A stretch of 64,000 nucleotides of DNA, taken from contig OZ024741.1 in the NCBI GenBank assembly GCA_964016885.1, positions 139,004,001-139,068,000 on the forward strand, in the 5' to 3' direction. The number at the start of each line of letters is the position of its first letter. Position 1 is the stretch's first letter. Made by a program: the position numbers and the translations under genes. The stretch is from Eledone cirrhosa (Eukaryota). The notes under the pieces are model-generated. The model made no database searches. It worked only from the letters and a program-made list of their open reading frames with translations, and was not told where the DNA came from. Positions 13,237-26,570 of this stretch are shown here, one piece after another.

Positions 13237-14052
13237 ATGTGGTGGTGGTGGTGGGTGGGGGGGGGGCTATGTGCGTGTGTATATGTATACATCTGTGTGT
13301 GTGTGTGAATATTTGTGCCAGTGTGTGTCTGCCTTTTTTCTTTATGATTCTGTGTAAGTAAGGTTGTGTGGTTGAAGAAGTTCCCGAGTTTTTCTTTCTA
13401 TTGTAGAAGAGCAGCTTTCCCATAGTTCATTGCAATTGTATCGAACTCGGAGGCATGCGGTTGCCAGCCGATTATAACATTAACACAGCCATTGTGTTCT
13501 GTGATTCCTTCCCTTCCGTCTTTTTATAATTTCTTCCTTACTTTAAATGTTCTTACACGCGTTTTAACCATCTTTTTTATATCAACTATATCAAACCCGC
13601 TTCTTGTTCTTTCAAATAACGTCACCAATTTAAAAATGTCCCTAGTTATATGAAAATATTCCATACAATTTTGTATAAAAACTATACATTGAAAGGCGTT
13701 TTGTTATGAAATATTTAAAAATTAGAAGTCCTTCTAAACGCTTAAGTAACTCTTTTGAAATGAAGCCAACCAAATCCCTACTTATGTTCTATGAGACAAT
13801 ACCGCTGATTTGAAAGGTTTCTTATTTAAATGGTAATATTCCAAAATAACTTTAAATCTGAACTTTTTGTTAAATTGCCTCATAAATACAATCTTAATCA
13901 TAAAAAAACTAGCAAACTCATCCAAATGTTTCGATATATAACAAAAGTAGACACTTTTTCTATTGAAATATGGCCACGAATGTGTTACTTCTGAATTTGT
14001 TTTAGCTATGATGGTTCAGGCTAAGCAGGCGCTATTTAGCATATATTATAGT

Positions 14053-14237
14053 TGGATTGGCAGTATCGGTAGAGGGTCGGATGCCATGCTTTCCAGCATA
14101 GTTACGTCCCTTAACGATCTGAGTTCAAATCCCGCTGAGGTTGACTTTGCCTTTCATCCTTACGGGGTCGATAAAATAAATATCAGTAATGCACTGGATA
14201 ATTGCTGGCCTTGTGCCAAAAAGTAGAAACAATTATA
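14053..14237 (+). mobile_element. tRNA-derived SINE, family 1 (central domain resembling Meta/MESC SINEs)
   Basis: A-box-like tggcagtatcggtag, B-box gttcaaatcc, core cctttcatccttacggggtcgataaa and an aacaattat tail. Confidence 0.85.
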
Positions 14238-14261
14238 GTCTGTCGTTGTTCTATTCATCTG

Positions 14262-14298
<37 letters not shown>

Positions 14299-14493
14299 CT
14301 CTCTCTCTCTCTCCCTCTCCCCCTCTCTCTCTCCCTCTCCCTCTCCCCCTCTCTCCCTCTCTCTGTCCTCCCCATGTCTCTTTTTAACTCCCATAGTCAT
14401 CATTCTGCTTCTTCCCCTTTATTCTCTGTAGCTATATATCTAATATCCATTCCTTCACCAACCTATCGATCCATCCATGGCGTTCTCTCTCTT

Positions 14494-14588
<95 letters not shown>

Positions 14589-14612
14589 TAGAGAGGGGGA
14601 GATATATATATA

Positions 14613-15062
14613 TATTAGAATTGGTGCTCAGAAATACCGATATATATAGTAAGTGAGACCGTCACTACTCTAAAACAATAGCGTAAGGTCTTCGAAATGC
14701 TTTTAATTAAGCATACATTGTATTGCAAAATACATTCATATATATATCGCTATTTCAGAGCACCAATTCTAATTTTCAATTGCTGCTTGACACGCAACCG
14801 CTCTGTATAATGAGTTCCTGATTATTACTAGAATTCTATAAGAATCAAACATTCATGATTTTGAGCAAACAGGTTCAGTACTTAGCTTTGATATGTGCCA
14901 AAAAGTACGAAACAGCTCTGTCAGCTTTATCTCCTCTGTTTGCTGAAAATGTAAAGTAAGTGAGACTGTCACTACTCTAATACAATAGCGCAAAGTCTTC
15001 GAAATGATTTTAATTAAGCATACAGTGTATTGCAAAATACACTATATATACATTCATATATA
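14613..15062 (+). mobile_element. PLE-terminus-like repeat with direct and inverted duplications
   Basis: 14648-14748 resembles 14955-15062; 14613-14647 is inverted relative to 14741-14773. Same family at 63880-64000 (minus). Confidence 0.55.
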
Positions 15063-15189
15063 TAAAAAAAAATATATATATATATATATAAATTCATCAC
15101 TCTGACAGAAGACCCGCGCTCCGGCGTTATAGCAGGATTTGAAATCCAAGCGATGGGATACAATGTCCTTATTTTCTATTATAATATAT

Positions 15190-15368
15190 TTGTTTCTACT
15201 TTTGGCACAAGTCCAGCAATTAATCAGTGTATTACTGGTACTTTATTTTATCGACCCCATAAGGATGAAAGGCAAAGTTAACATCGGCGGGATTTGACCT
15301 GAGACTATAAAGGCCGTAACTCTTTGCTGCAAAGCATGGTGTCCGACCCTCTACCGATACTGCCATTC
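15190..15368 (-). mobile_element. tRNA-derived SINE, family 1
   Basis: Reverse complement of the SINE core (tttatcgacccc..aaggatgaaaggcaaag). Confidence 0.85.
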
Positions 15369-16190
15369 CACCATGATAAACCGGGGTTCCACACTTCTTG
15401 CTTTAATAATTATAGAACCATTAATATCCAGAATTTGGTCCACATCCCTTCACCCAAATTATGTGACAGTTCACAAAAACATGCTCCGACTATCCCCAGT
15501 TTTAGAGATTTCCAAAACGTTGCTAAGCGACAAAGATATTTAGCGATATATTTATAGATCGTTGTAAAGTGTTTGTATTAATTTAATTATATAAATTTCG
15601 ATAAAACTGAAATCTTTAAGGTTCGTTAATGATAGCACCAAACCAGCTCGCCCGTATTACTTTTGTTTTCATCGCTCTGTCAGCAGAGAACAGAACGGAT
15701 CTATTAAACACAGGCTAACTTAAGCGACCCACACTACATTGGCAGGTTGTTCACTGAACCAAGGCATATTTAATGATATCTCTTTTTTCCCACGCCTCAA
15801 TGATTTCAGCAGGTAGATGAAGGTGATTAGACCTATCTACGTATTTCACATGAGCCTGTGTGTGTGCGTGTATGCGTGTATAGATATTGAGATAAAGACA
15901 TCTAACAATTCATATATGAACGTGTGAATTGCTGTATATATGTGTGTGTGTCTGTGTGTGTAAGTACAGAGATAGATTTCTTATAACTTATAAATACAGC
16001 ATTACTAGATAGTGCTATTAAACTACATAAATATATATAGACGAGAGTTAAACTCCGAATCAAGTATATATATTATATATATTCCATCGCATTTCCCTAC
16101 ATAATTGCCTACCACTACACCACCGTCTTCTGGGGGATACAGGAACATTATTCAGAGAAAATTCCAATCAGAACGCATCGGATATCCACA

Positions 16191-16273
<83 letters not shown>

Positions 16274-16336
16274 ACACACACACACACAAACACACATATA
16301 TATATATATAAATATATATATATATTAATATAGAAA

Positions 16337-16387
16337 AGCTTCTACAGGACTAGACCTGTTTCATTCGTGTAAAATCATCAGGAAGCT
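16337..16387 (-). ncRNA. Type I hammerhead ribozyme, structurally complete
   Basis: AGCUUC-CUGAUGA-short stem II-GAAA-CAGG(ucuagu)CCUG-UA-GAAGCU: 6-bp stem I, paired stem III and a GUA cleavage triplet. Confidence 0.8.
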
Positions 16388-16388
16388 G

Positions 16389-16437
16389 GCTCCTGATGAT
16401 TTCTCACGAATGAAACAGTTCTAGTCCTGTAGAAGCT
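16389..16437 (+). ncRNA. Inverted partner hammerhead (slightly degenerate)
   Basis: CUGAUGA at 16393-16399, then GAAAC-AGU(ucuagu)CCU-GUA-GAAGCU; right arm of the 16325-16449 palindrome. Confidence 0.6.
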
Positions 16438-16519
16438 CTTCTATATTAAAACATTTATACTTTGCTATGTATTGAGTACCTTACTTACTGTGGTTATCCC
16501 CGATTCAACCCGGAATAAG

Positions 16520-16580
<61 letters not shown>

Positions 16581-16689
16581 GTATTTCCGTAGGAAAGCTA
16601 AAGGAAAAGAGAGTGCTCTATGTATGCTCCGCTTTCATTTATCCTAAACTCTGGTTTTAAATCTATATCACTATTCCATATTAAATAAA

Positions 16690-16756
16690 TATTTCTTCTG
16701 ATGAATGAAGACAGGCATGGGTGTCTGTCTTCAGGAAATCACTGGTAAATGGAATA
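16690..16756 (+). ncRNA. Type I hammerhead motif with a long stem II
   Basis: CUGAUGA at 16698, 12-bp stem UGAAGACAGGCA/UGUCUGUCUUCA, GAAA-UCACUGG-UA and an imperfect stem I. Confidence 0.6.
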
Positions 16757-16797
16757 ATTATCTTATGTTGTTTATTACATAACTATATATATATATA

Positions 16798-17405
16798 CTA
16801 GCAATGGTACCTGGCGTTGCACGGGATAAGGTATTTTGGAACGCGGGCCGCCAACAGAACTAATGTGGAAAAACTGCATGCCTGGACAATATGTAAAGAA
16901 AATAAACCGAATACTCTGATCGCTGGATCATCTTTAAGATTTTACTCGGTGAAGCAGGAAAAATGCGGGTTTTCACCTAATGCGGGCTCTAGGGGATCAA
17001 GAAAATGATTTTTTTCATGTGCATAATATGCCTTGAAATTCCGGGAAAATCGGCAAGACGTAACGCCTCAAAGAAGCCCTAAAAATCTGAAAAAATGAAG
17101 TTGTTCACCTAATGCGGGCCTAGGCCATAAAAAGTTGGATTTTCTTTGATCATGTTATGAAGAAGAGACTGACTAATACATAGTTACAATTTCAAGGAAA
17201 TCGGTCTGACGTAACGCCTCAAAAAAACCCTAAACACCTGAAAAAACAGTTTTTCACCTAATGCGGGCCCTCGGGGATCAAAGAGTTGAATTTGTTAATG
17301 TGCATAACACTCCCTGAAACATAAGTAATACACATGTAAATTTCAAAAAAGTTGCTTGGGTATTTCTCGAGTTTTAGGGATTCAAACTCACAGACACACA
17401 CACTG

Positions 17406-17436
<31 letters not shown>

Positions 17437-17822
17437 CCCACACACCCACCCACACACATACACACACACACACACGCACGCACACACACACACACACACG
17501 CGCATACACACACACACACAGACATCCTCAGGGAAGTGACGCTATGCAGACAGCCAGGCATACATACAGATATTATAAGGGCGCGACGTTATATGTATGT
17601 ATCTATCTAAAAAGAGAAAGACTAAGAATTATAGTGAGTGATCGCTAAATCGCACAATGCGGTCCCTAGGACATTGAAAATTTGATATATTTTCACTCAG
17701 AACACTCCTTGAAACATAAGTATTACATGTGTAAAGTTTGAAAACAGTCGGTTGGGTGTTTCTCAAGCTTTAGGGATTCAAACTCACACACAGACAGACA
17801 TCCTCAGTTTTATATATATCGA
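16798..17822 (-). mobile_element. Non-autonomous Helitron-like element
   Basis: Minus strand begins A|TC (tcgatatatataaaa) and ends with a GC-rich subterminal hairpin-like motif and CTAG|T. Internal repeats anchored on cacctaatgcggg, plus (CA)n. Confidence 0.7.
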
Positions 17823-17845
17823 TAAATACATATGTGTGTGCGTGC

Positions 17846-17922
<77 letters not shown>

Positions 17923-18249
17923 AAGAGCGAAGGAGAGAGGGATTGAGAAAATGTGAGGTAGTTGCAGATGTTAAAGTCCTTTATTGATACATAATGTGAT
18001 ATATAATGATACGGTCAGACATCAGACAGTTTCATTACATAATATGGCTACGTTCTCAAGGCAATCCAAACCGAGACGACTAGGGAACGGACAAAGATGA
18101 TGTTTTTGAAGACTTCGCCCACTCCCTATATATACTCAGGAAAATAGAAGAAAATACAAAGGGACAGAGTCAGACAGGCCTACGAAACGATAGCGAGAAA
18201 GAGGTAAAGACCGGTAAGGATTTTAAGTCAGACCATTGGGCCTCTGGAC

Positions 18250-18440
18250 GGAGGATTGTCAGTATCCGTAGAAAGTTGGACGCCATGCTTTGACGCAAAG
18301 AGTTACGGCCCTCTCCATTCTGAGTTCAAATTACCCCAAGGTTAACTTTGCCTTTCATCCTTACGGGGTCGAAAAAGTAAAGTACCAGTAATGTACTGAA
18401 AAATTGCTGGCCTTGTGCCAAAAGTAGAAACAGTTAATTA
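18250..18440 (+). mobile_element. tRNA-derived SINE, family 1
   Basis: Same core and tail as the copy at 14053. Confidence 0.85.
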
Positions 18441-18997
18441 TTCCATCCGACATTGTAATGAATCTCTGAATATGGCACCTTTTCATCGAAGATTAAGGGT
18501 TAACAGATAAGTTAATGCTCTATAATTCCTGCTTTAGCACGAACAGATAGAAATGAAAGGTCCCTTAACTGCCGGTGGTATCGTATGTACGTTGTGAGTC
18601 TTGGAGATATATACACGGACAAGCCTATCCATCTTGAGATCGGAAGACAGCTGATTTCCCCCATAGAAACAGCATCATGTATGTATAAATAGATAGAGAC
18701 AGAGAGCGAGAAAGAAGGAGAGAGAAAAAGAGTCAGAGAGAAGAGAGGAAGATAGAAATAGAGTGGGAAGGGAAAGAAAAATAATAATTAAAAGAAATAG
18801 AGGTAAAATCGAACCCCGGTATAGGACTGGTACTATTTTTATGGAAGTCGGAAAAAGAAATTGAACTCTGAACGCAGTGTGCATGAACAAATTACGATGG
18901 CTTATAAATCCGACACCCTAATGACTTAGCTAAGTCAACACCGTAAAGTTGTTTGTATTCTTCTGAAACAGAACCTCTCTCTCTCTCCATCCCCTCT

Positions 18998-19048
<51 letters not shown>

Positions 19049-21009
19049 TACCCACTCTCTCTCCCTCTCTCTCTACCTCTGCCTCCCTCTCTGTCTCCCT
19101 CTCTCTCCTTCTCTCTCTCTCACTCCCTCTCTCTCTCACACACTCACACACTCTCTCCCTCTCTGACCCTCTCTCTCTCCGTGTGTGTGTTCATGTATTT
19201 AGTGTCTAGTGTGTGCATATATATCAATCCATGTGCGTGTATTTCAGTACATGTTCAATTATTTATCGACAAAACCTCACACAGATTGGTTTTAACACAC
19301 CGTGAATGTTATGCTTGGTTAGAACGTAATTATCGCATTATAACAGTTAAACCTTTACGTGCGTCTCTGAGTCTGTCGGTGTGTCTGTGTGTATGTGGGC
19401 GCGTGCATAAGCGTGAGTATATGTGTATGTGTTTTTTTAAATATCCGTTTGTTTGTTGTCATCGCATCTTTTTTCTTATTCAGAGTGATTATTTATACAT
19501 GCGCGTGTTCTTTTCATTAGTTGAGTGTGTTTCAGTGAGCGTATATGTATGCTTATGTGTGTATATGTGTCACGAATGATTACTAAAAAAATACACATGG
19601 ACACACACACAACCACACGCATACACACATACAAACACAAACACACACTAAACACACACAAACACACACACATACACCCACACACACACATACATACATA
19701 TATGCATGTGTGGTGTCTCATGGGATCGTATGTATACATGTATATATATATATATATATATGTGGGGGGGGGGCGTCTTTGTGTGTGTGTTTATAAAAGG
19801 CTATATTGCACCACTGCATGTATGCATTTAAGCTTGCATGCAGCTATATGTTAACATTACGAACTGCACTTTGCGTGCAACAACAAAAGTCAGGTGCTAG
19901 CTCTTCGGTTTTTAAAATTGTCTGATTAATTAGGGCAACAGCCAGCCTAAGGAAGCAATTTATCCAATTACTACCAGCGATCGCAAAGATAATATTAAAA
20001 AAAGAACCCATAACCTTCATAAAAATCCGAAAAGTTAAGTAAAACAAAACACAATAATAAAGCAAGCAGTTTATTGTTAACTCTTTACTGATTAGCGGAA
20101 ACTTCCATTTCATGTCTGACAGTGTGAATGGCATATGTCGTAAAGATAAAATAAATAATAATAATGAAAAGAATAATAATAAGAAGAATAATGATGATAA
20201 TGATAATAAATTATTTTGCCACACGGGATGAAGGAAACATTACAAATACATGTTACATCATATAGCTTTCAGTTTACATTGAAATAAAAAAAAAATGGGC
20301 AACAGATATAAATAAGATAAAAATTAGGTATACATAGTATATAAGTATACAATGTATTCGGTTCTCCCTGTTGAGTCAGGCAATTAACTGAGGCCACTTA
20401 ATGATATCCGGAGATACATAATCACTCTGACCACCAAATGTAAGTTTGAGTCTAAAAATAACATTCATACAATTTCCAGAATGAATTCGTAAAATAATAG
20501 GGTCTCAGGTAATGATAAGACACAAACCCACGCGCGCGCACACACACAGACACACACACACACACAGGTACACACAGACAGACTTACATAAGCGAAATTC
20601 AAAACTTACAAATACAAACAATATATATCAAAGATCACTGCACACATTATATCAAGTAATTTCAATACGATAGAAAGAAGAGACAAGAACAAGAAAAAAT
20701 CCAAAATAGAAGCTCACTCACCCAACACACATAGAGCTGGGTATAATAATGTAGTGAGTGCATGCAATAAAAATGAAAAAATAATGGTGATGATAATAAC
20801 GATATTGTTTTTTTTTTCATTTTAGCATAAGGCAAGTCATTTTGTGAAGTATAGATATAAGTCGATTTTATTGACCGCATTACTTGTTCAAGTACTTGGC
20901 GTGCCGCAGGATTCGAAATCATAACCATACAATCGAGATACAAATAACTTAACAACTAAACAACTGCCATTTCACATACATACAAGTGTACTCTAAATGC
21001 ATTTCGCAA

Positions 21010-21200
21010 AGAGACGCAGCGTGACACAATGTGTGATATGGCCTAACCTTGTATTATAGGCAGAGGCGACAAATATTTGCCAGCTGAATGGAGTCGATAA
21101 GCATGCAATAATGTGCCTTGCTCAAGGACAAAGCTTGACGTCTTGTTTGGCAATCGATCCCACAATGTTTAGATAGGTAGTTGAATAATTTAATCAGGAA
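21010..21200 (-). mobile_element. Degenerate tRNA-derived SINE, family 2
   Basis: Shares gccagctg..tgctcaa..tcga with 49520-49705. Confidence 0.55.
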
Positions 21201-22076
21201 GCTACATGGCTTCCCAAAAAATACACGGTAACTCATACATTAATATTCAGGTAGCTTCGGCGTGACAAACTGTGCGACAAGTCTGGCCCTATGTAATGTA
21301 ACTACCGTAATTTCTGCTAGCAGAATGAACTTCAGTAACAGGAAATAAAGTATTTTCTTCGAAGACCCAAGGGAGTCAAACTCACAAATATACGATCTTA
21401 AGACGAACATCCTAACCGGGATGCCACTTAGCATCACATTTAGAAATTAAAAGAAAACAATAAAATAAGATTAAAAAAACAACAACATAAACAATTAGTT
21501 GTTAACTCTTTACTGATTAGCGGAACTTTTATTTCATGTCTGGCAGTTTGAATGGCATGTGGAATAGTGATAAAACTTTAATAAAAAAAATACGGACAAA
21601 AAAACGTGCACAGAAAACTCAAGGATTCACTATCACTTTGAGTAAAACGGATTTAAAGAAATGTGATTTACGCAGTATAGGAGAAATAAAACGGCAATTG
21701 AAATCTGAAGCTGTGTTGCAGAGCAGCGTTGATTGATGAGGATTTTATACAATTGTGTTCGTGTGATTGTGTGTGAATGGGGGAATAAGTATGTGTGTAT
21801 GTGAGTATGTGCGTGAATATCTGTGTGCATGTTTATGTGTGTAGGTGCATGTGTTGCGTGAGTGTGTTTGGATGTCAATGTGTGCATATGTGTGTGTGTG
21901 TGAAGGTTTGTGCATTTGTTTTTGAATATATGTGTGTTTGTATTTATTTTGTGTATACGTATGTTTGAATGTATGTGTGTTAGAGGGTTTGGGTGTTTGT
22001 GTATCAGTAGGTTTGTGTGATTGTGTGTGAAAATGAAACATTATTAAATGTGTTTGAGTATGCGTGGGCTTCTTAA

Positions 22077-22113
<37 letters not shown>

Positions 22114-22479
22114 AAGATAGAGAGAGAGTAGGTCTGTGTGTTTGTGTGCGAGTAGGTTTGTATGTTTAGGTGTACGTTTGTGTGAACAGGCGTGTGAGTG
22201 TGTATATTTGCGTTGGTTTGTCTGATTATATGTAAATGTGAAGGAGGAAAACGTGTGAATGTGTGTACATGTAGATTGATGTGAATGTGCGATCGTTAGT
22301 TTGTGTGTATGGGCGGGTAGATAATTAGGTGAATGTGCGGCTGTTATAATAGATTACATCAAACTCTAGCACTTGACTGGGTTATCGATTGAAGTCAAAG
22401 AGTTAATGCAGTGACGACCTCAGCAGGATTAGAATTCAAAAGGTAAAGTAATGGGGTGCGATAAAATACTTCAAGGCTA

Positions 22480-22990
22480 TAGTATCCATCGCGTTACACA
22501 CGTTTATGAAAATGAATGAGAGAAAAAGTATTCGATTGTTACAGTGAACTATGTTCTCATTGGTCTTTCCTTTCCTCTTACTATTGGCCGATCTCACCCT
22601 CTAGCAAAAAAAGGAATCAATTGTTAGTTTTGATCAATGATACTGCGTTCCCATTCTCTTTCTATTGATGCTACTATCTGCCGGTCACAACTCCTGCCAG
22701 CTGAAATGAGTCAATCGTCAGCTTCGATGAAGAACACCGTATTTCCATTGGTTTTTTGCATTGATGACACCATATGCCGATCACGGCTCCTGGAAGATGA
22801 AAGGATTCGATCGTCAGATCGGACGAAAGAATGATTGTTATCATTGGTCGTTCCATTGCTGATATTATCCAGCACTCGCAACTTCTGTTAGTAAAAGGGG
22901 GTTGATTATCAGATGAGATAAAGGAAAGGAGATTCTCATTGATCTTAACTCTTAACTATATGCCGGTTACAACACCGGCTAGAAGTAGCC
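22480..22990. repeat. Highly diverged ~95-bp tandem array (about 5-6 units)
   Basis: Recurring ttgatg..actat.tgccg.tcac..ctc and catt(g)gtc motifs at ~22576, 22666, 22761, 22856 and 22951. Confidence 0.65.
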
Positions 22991-24499
22991 ATATGAAATA
23001 TAGTATTTTTGCTCAAGAAAACAATACTACACCTGGTCAAGGAATCGACCACACATCCAAATGATCATGCGTCTTACAGGATAGCAACTAAGCCATCTTA
23101 AATGAGGAAGGTGGGTATTGGAGAAAATACCGTATCATATACAAAAAAGGATGGTCAAAATCGGAAAAAGGTTATATATATGTATGCTGCATCAGTTGCA
23201 TGAAGTGTGCATGCCCTGCCGAAGCAAAAAAATAAAATAAAAAACAAAATAAAATAAAATAAAATAAAATAAAATAAAATAAAACAAAACAAATAGATGA
23301 AAGAGAACTGTAGTGCTACAAACCTGGAACAAATTACAGTAGCAACAATAGAAACGTAAGACACAAAAACGGATGGGCGTACAACAACAATAACAAAAAA
23401 CGACACAAAGAAATAGAAAAAAAGCAACAGTATGGACGTTTGACAGAATATATACAGATATATAACAATTTAAACACAACGAAAATTTGCACTAGTAGCT
23501 TGTCTCAAAATATGAATGAATTGTATTGGACATTTCAATAACTATTTTGCCTGAGAAAAATCTATTCCGAGCAATATAAGCATGTGTCTGATATATGTCT
23601 TTCCATTTGCAAATCGTATTATGGTGGTATAAGTTATGACCTGAAGATTCTAACGTTCGTAATTGTCTCAGATGTATTATACTTTAAAGTGCATCCCACT
23701 ATTTTTAACCCGCTTTACCAATTTATTTTACTGCTTACATGTGTTTTAATGGAAACCAGAGTGCTGAATCATAATACGACCACGCACTGGAATAAAGCAT
23801 TCAATATATGTGTACTGGCATATATAGTGTGTAGACGCATCTATATAGAGATGTATATATGACCGGTTAATCCCGCTGCTTTTTTAAAGCGGCTGGATAG
23901 CGTGTGTATATTTGCGTGATGCTAGTATGTGGACACATATCTAACTATATACTTAACCACTAGACACCTCCTCGTTGTATTACAGTGTCTACCATAGGAA
24001 GCAGCCCGCTGTTTCGGTCGCTATGAAAGATAGAAATCTATAATTCTTAACAATCTTAACAACACTAATGATGCTGATGCGGGGTCTTCAGCAAAAACCA
24101 CAACCACGGGCGACTGTCCATTAAATTGTTTCATTATTTCTCTCTGCTACCCCATCGTTTTTTTATATTTTACTGTACGTGTCCCCTTTATCCTCTCCCT
24201 GACATCTCGACAAACATTTAGGTATACAAGAAGAGAAGCAATAAAAAGAATATTTGCGGGTATTTCCACCTTGTCTTCTTTTTTTTCACTTGTATTATCA
24301 ATGCCATTATTATAAAGATAGGTCCATACAAACATTTTTCTCTTCTTTCTCCACCATTATGTAACCCATCCAGCTATCTATTTAACTCCTCTCACACTTA
24401 CACCGTTTCCATTCATCTCCTCTATCCCTCCACACACTTATGCACCTATTCATCACCCATCACTCTCTTTCTAATTTTCCCTCATTATATCCCTTTACA

Positions 24500-24685
24500 A
24501 GGGCGGTGGATTGGCAGTATCAGTAGAGAGTCGGACGCCATGCTTTCCAGCATAGTTACGCCCCTTTACGGTCTGTGTTCAAATCCCGCCGAGGTTAACT
24601 TTGCCTTTCATCCTTACGGGGTCGATAAAATAAAGTACCAGTAATGTACTGGGTAATTGCTGGCCTTGTACCAAAAGTAGAAACA
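24500..24685 (+). mobile_element. Full-length SINE, family 1, with a 16-bp TSD
   Basis: attatatccctttaca at 24484-24499 and 24686-24701. Confidence 0.92.
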
Positions 24686-24729
24686 ATTATATCCCTTTAC
24701 ACATCTATCAACCTCCCACATATACTCCC

Positions 24730-26570
24730 TAATTACATGTTTTCGGATGCACCTGCAACACTCTAGTTAATATGAAATCTTTCCTCAGCCTTCCACCACG
24801 CGGGAGGTCGATCAGTGCCACCTGTGCACCAAGAGCCACTGACGTAAAAAAGGAAGGAACTGCTTCAAATGTACTAGCTGCTTGCTTCCACTTTTCTTGC
24901 GTCAAACCCACTCGGTGCGCATCAGTATCCTTGGATCTGTGGTACTTCCCGCGATGCTTATCCCCCTGACTCTTGAGGTTCAAGGGAAATATCGCTTCTT
25001 TCTGCGACTCTTCGTCTGCGTGAGTCGCAGCTCTCACATGCTTCCCAATAGTACGTAGTCCACTTCCGACTGATTGTACGAAACGTAACAGGGACAATGA
25101 CAACCTCAAAATAATTGAGGGGGACGATTCGGTTGCGGTGTGTGTGTGTTAGCCTGGAGCGACAGTCTACTCCGATGCACATCGAATGTCCCATAAACAC
25201 TTTGCCATAGTCCCCCTCCCCTGCCAGATGATGTCAGGGACGTCCTAGCCCGGGCCAGTAAACTTTACTTAGTTGCTTCCAATGAGAATGTAGTAGCTGC
25301 CCTAAGATCCTTCCCAGGGAGTAGCAGTGGCATAGTGGACGGCATGCTCCCCGGCCACCTCAGGTGCTCATTTACTGCAGTTAATCGTAGCTCTGCCCAG
25401 CCATCTACTCCGCACCAACTTGCCCAACCATACCTGTGATCTTTTTTCTTAGCCAGTGTGGCTGCTGTGAGGAAAATGACAGAGAGGGCCACCTCATCGC
25501 AGTGGACAAGGCCTTCGACGACTTACAGCCATGGCAGCTTGCAGGTCAGTCAAAGACGACATGGGGAAAGCGCTAAGCCATGTCCAGCTCGGAGGAAGAG
25601 TCAAGTGCGTATGTGAGGTTGCAGCTTAAGCGGCCAGACATTTATAGAGCACGCGTCTCCTTAGTCACATCACTTCCTTGTGAGGTTGGACATGAAAAAC
25701 GCTCTAAATAGCGTTAGGCAAGATGAGGTCGTTAGAAGCGTGTCACAAATGAGCCCTCCCAATTTACACTCTTGCTCACTTCTCATACGGAAGTCCCATC
25801 ATACACCTGGCTGATGACAAAAAGGTGACAGCCGCTACGGGTTGCAAGCAAGAAACCACACACGGCTCGCTCCTCAATTCGATGCATAGCTCTATTCGGT
25901 TCCCTCCTCATCCACCGGTCCACTTCTTGATGAGTGCACCCTCAAAAGAATGGCCCAATGCTTCGATTTTCGCGTGTGTGAGCGATTCAAATTCCGTGTG
26001 GAGCAGTTGTTGACGTGTGTGGCCTGCACCAAATGTCATGCCTCCAAAGTAGAGGCCGGTTCCTGCGACATGTCGGTTCTCAATGACATATTAAGAAGGA
26101 ATCTGGATACAATTGGTTTCCCATCACAGCTGGAGCCAGCAGGCCTCGGCCGTGGGCTCAGCAAACACCCAGACCTAATTACCCTCTTCCCGATCGAAGG
26201 AGGTATATCCCTCATTTGCGAAGTCCCATGCTGTGACACGTACTCTGCCTCCAACTTCGTTGCATCGACCCCAGACCCCGGCTAATGCAGAAGAGAAGGG
26301 GACAAGTAAATGCCGGTGCTTGTTCGACTGCGTCCTCTTTGCAATGGTCAACGCCGAAACCAGAGGCTTACTCGGTCCCCGTACTGCCAGGCTCTTTTGT
26401 ATAATTGGAACATCATCAGTCCACCTGAGGAAGGAACCGTGAGAGGTAGCGTGGCTGTTGCAGTGTGTATCCCTGAGCATTGTCCACGGAAATGCTTTTT
26501 CCGTTTCGTCCGCGGGGTGCAACCGAAACACTGCCTCCGGGGCACTATGCTCGTCACCTCCTCCCCTTAA
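24730..26570 (+). mobile_element. Degenerate CRE-like non-LTR retrotransposon (RT plus RLE remnant)
   Basis: LNDILRRNL..GFPSQLEPAGL.RG.SKHPD.ITLFP..CCDTYSAS resembles the CRE-clade restriction-like endonuclease; GC-richer block. Confidence 0.7.

Noticed and set aside
17952-18230. Possible solo LTR (TG..CA, with TATA and AATAAA on the minus strand)
   Set aside because: No TSD and no second copy in the window.
22480-22990. CRISPR-like periodicity
   Set aside because: Whole units are homologous, with no identical repeats or unique spacers, no cas genes, and a eukaryotic context.
24500-24600. tRNA gene suggested by A/B boxes
   Set aside because: The boxes belong to SINE heads; no cloverleaf.
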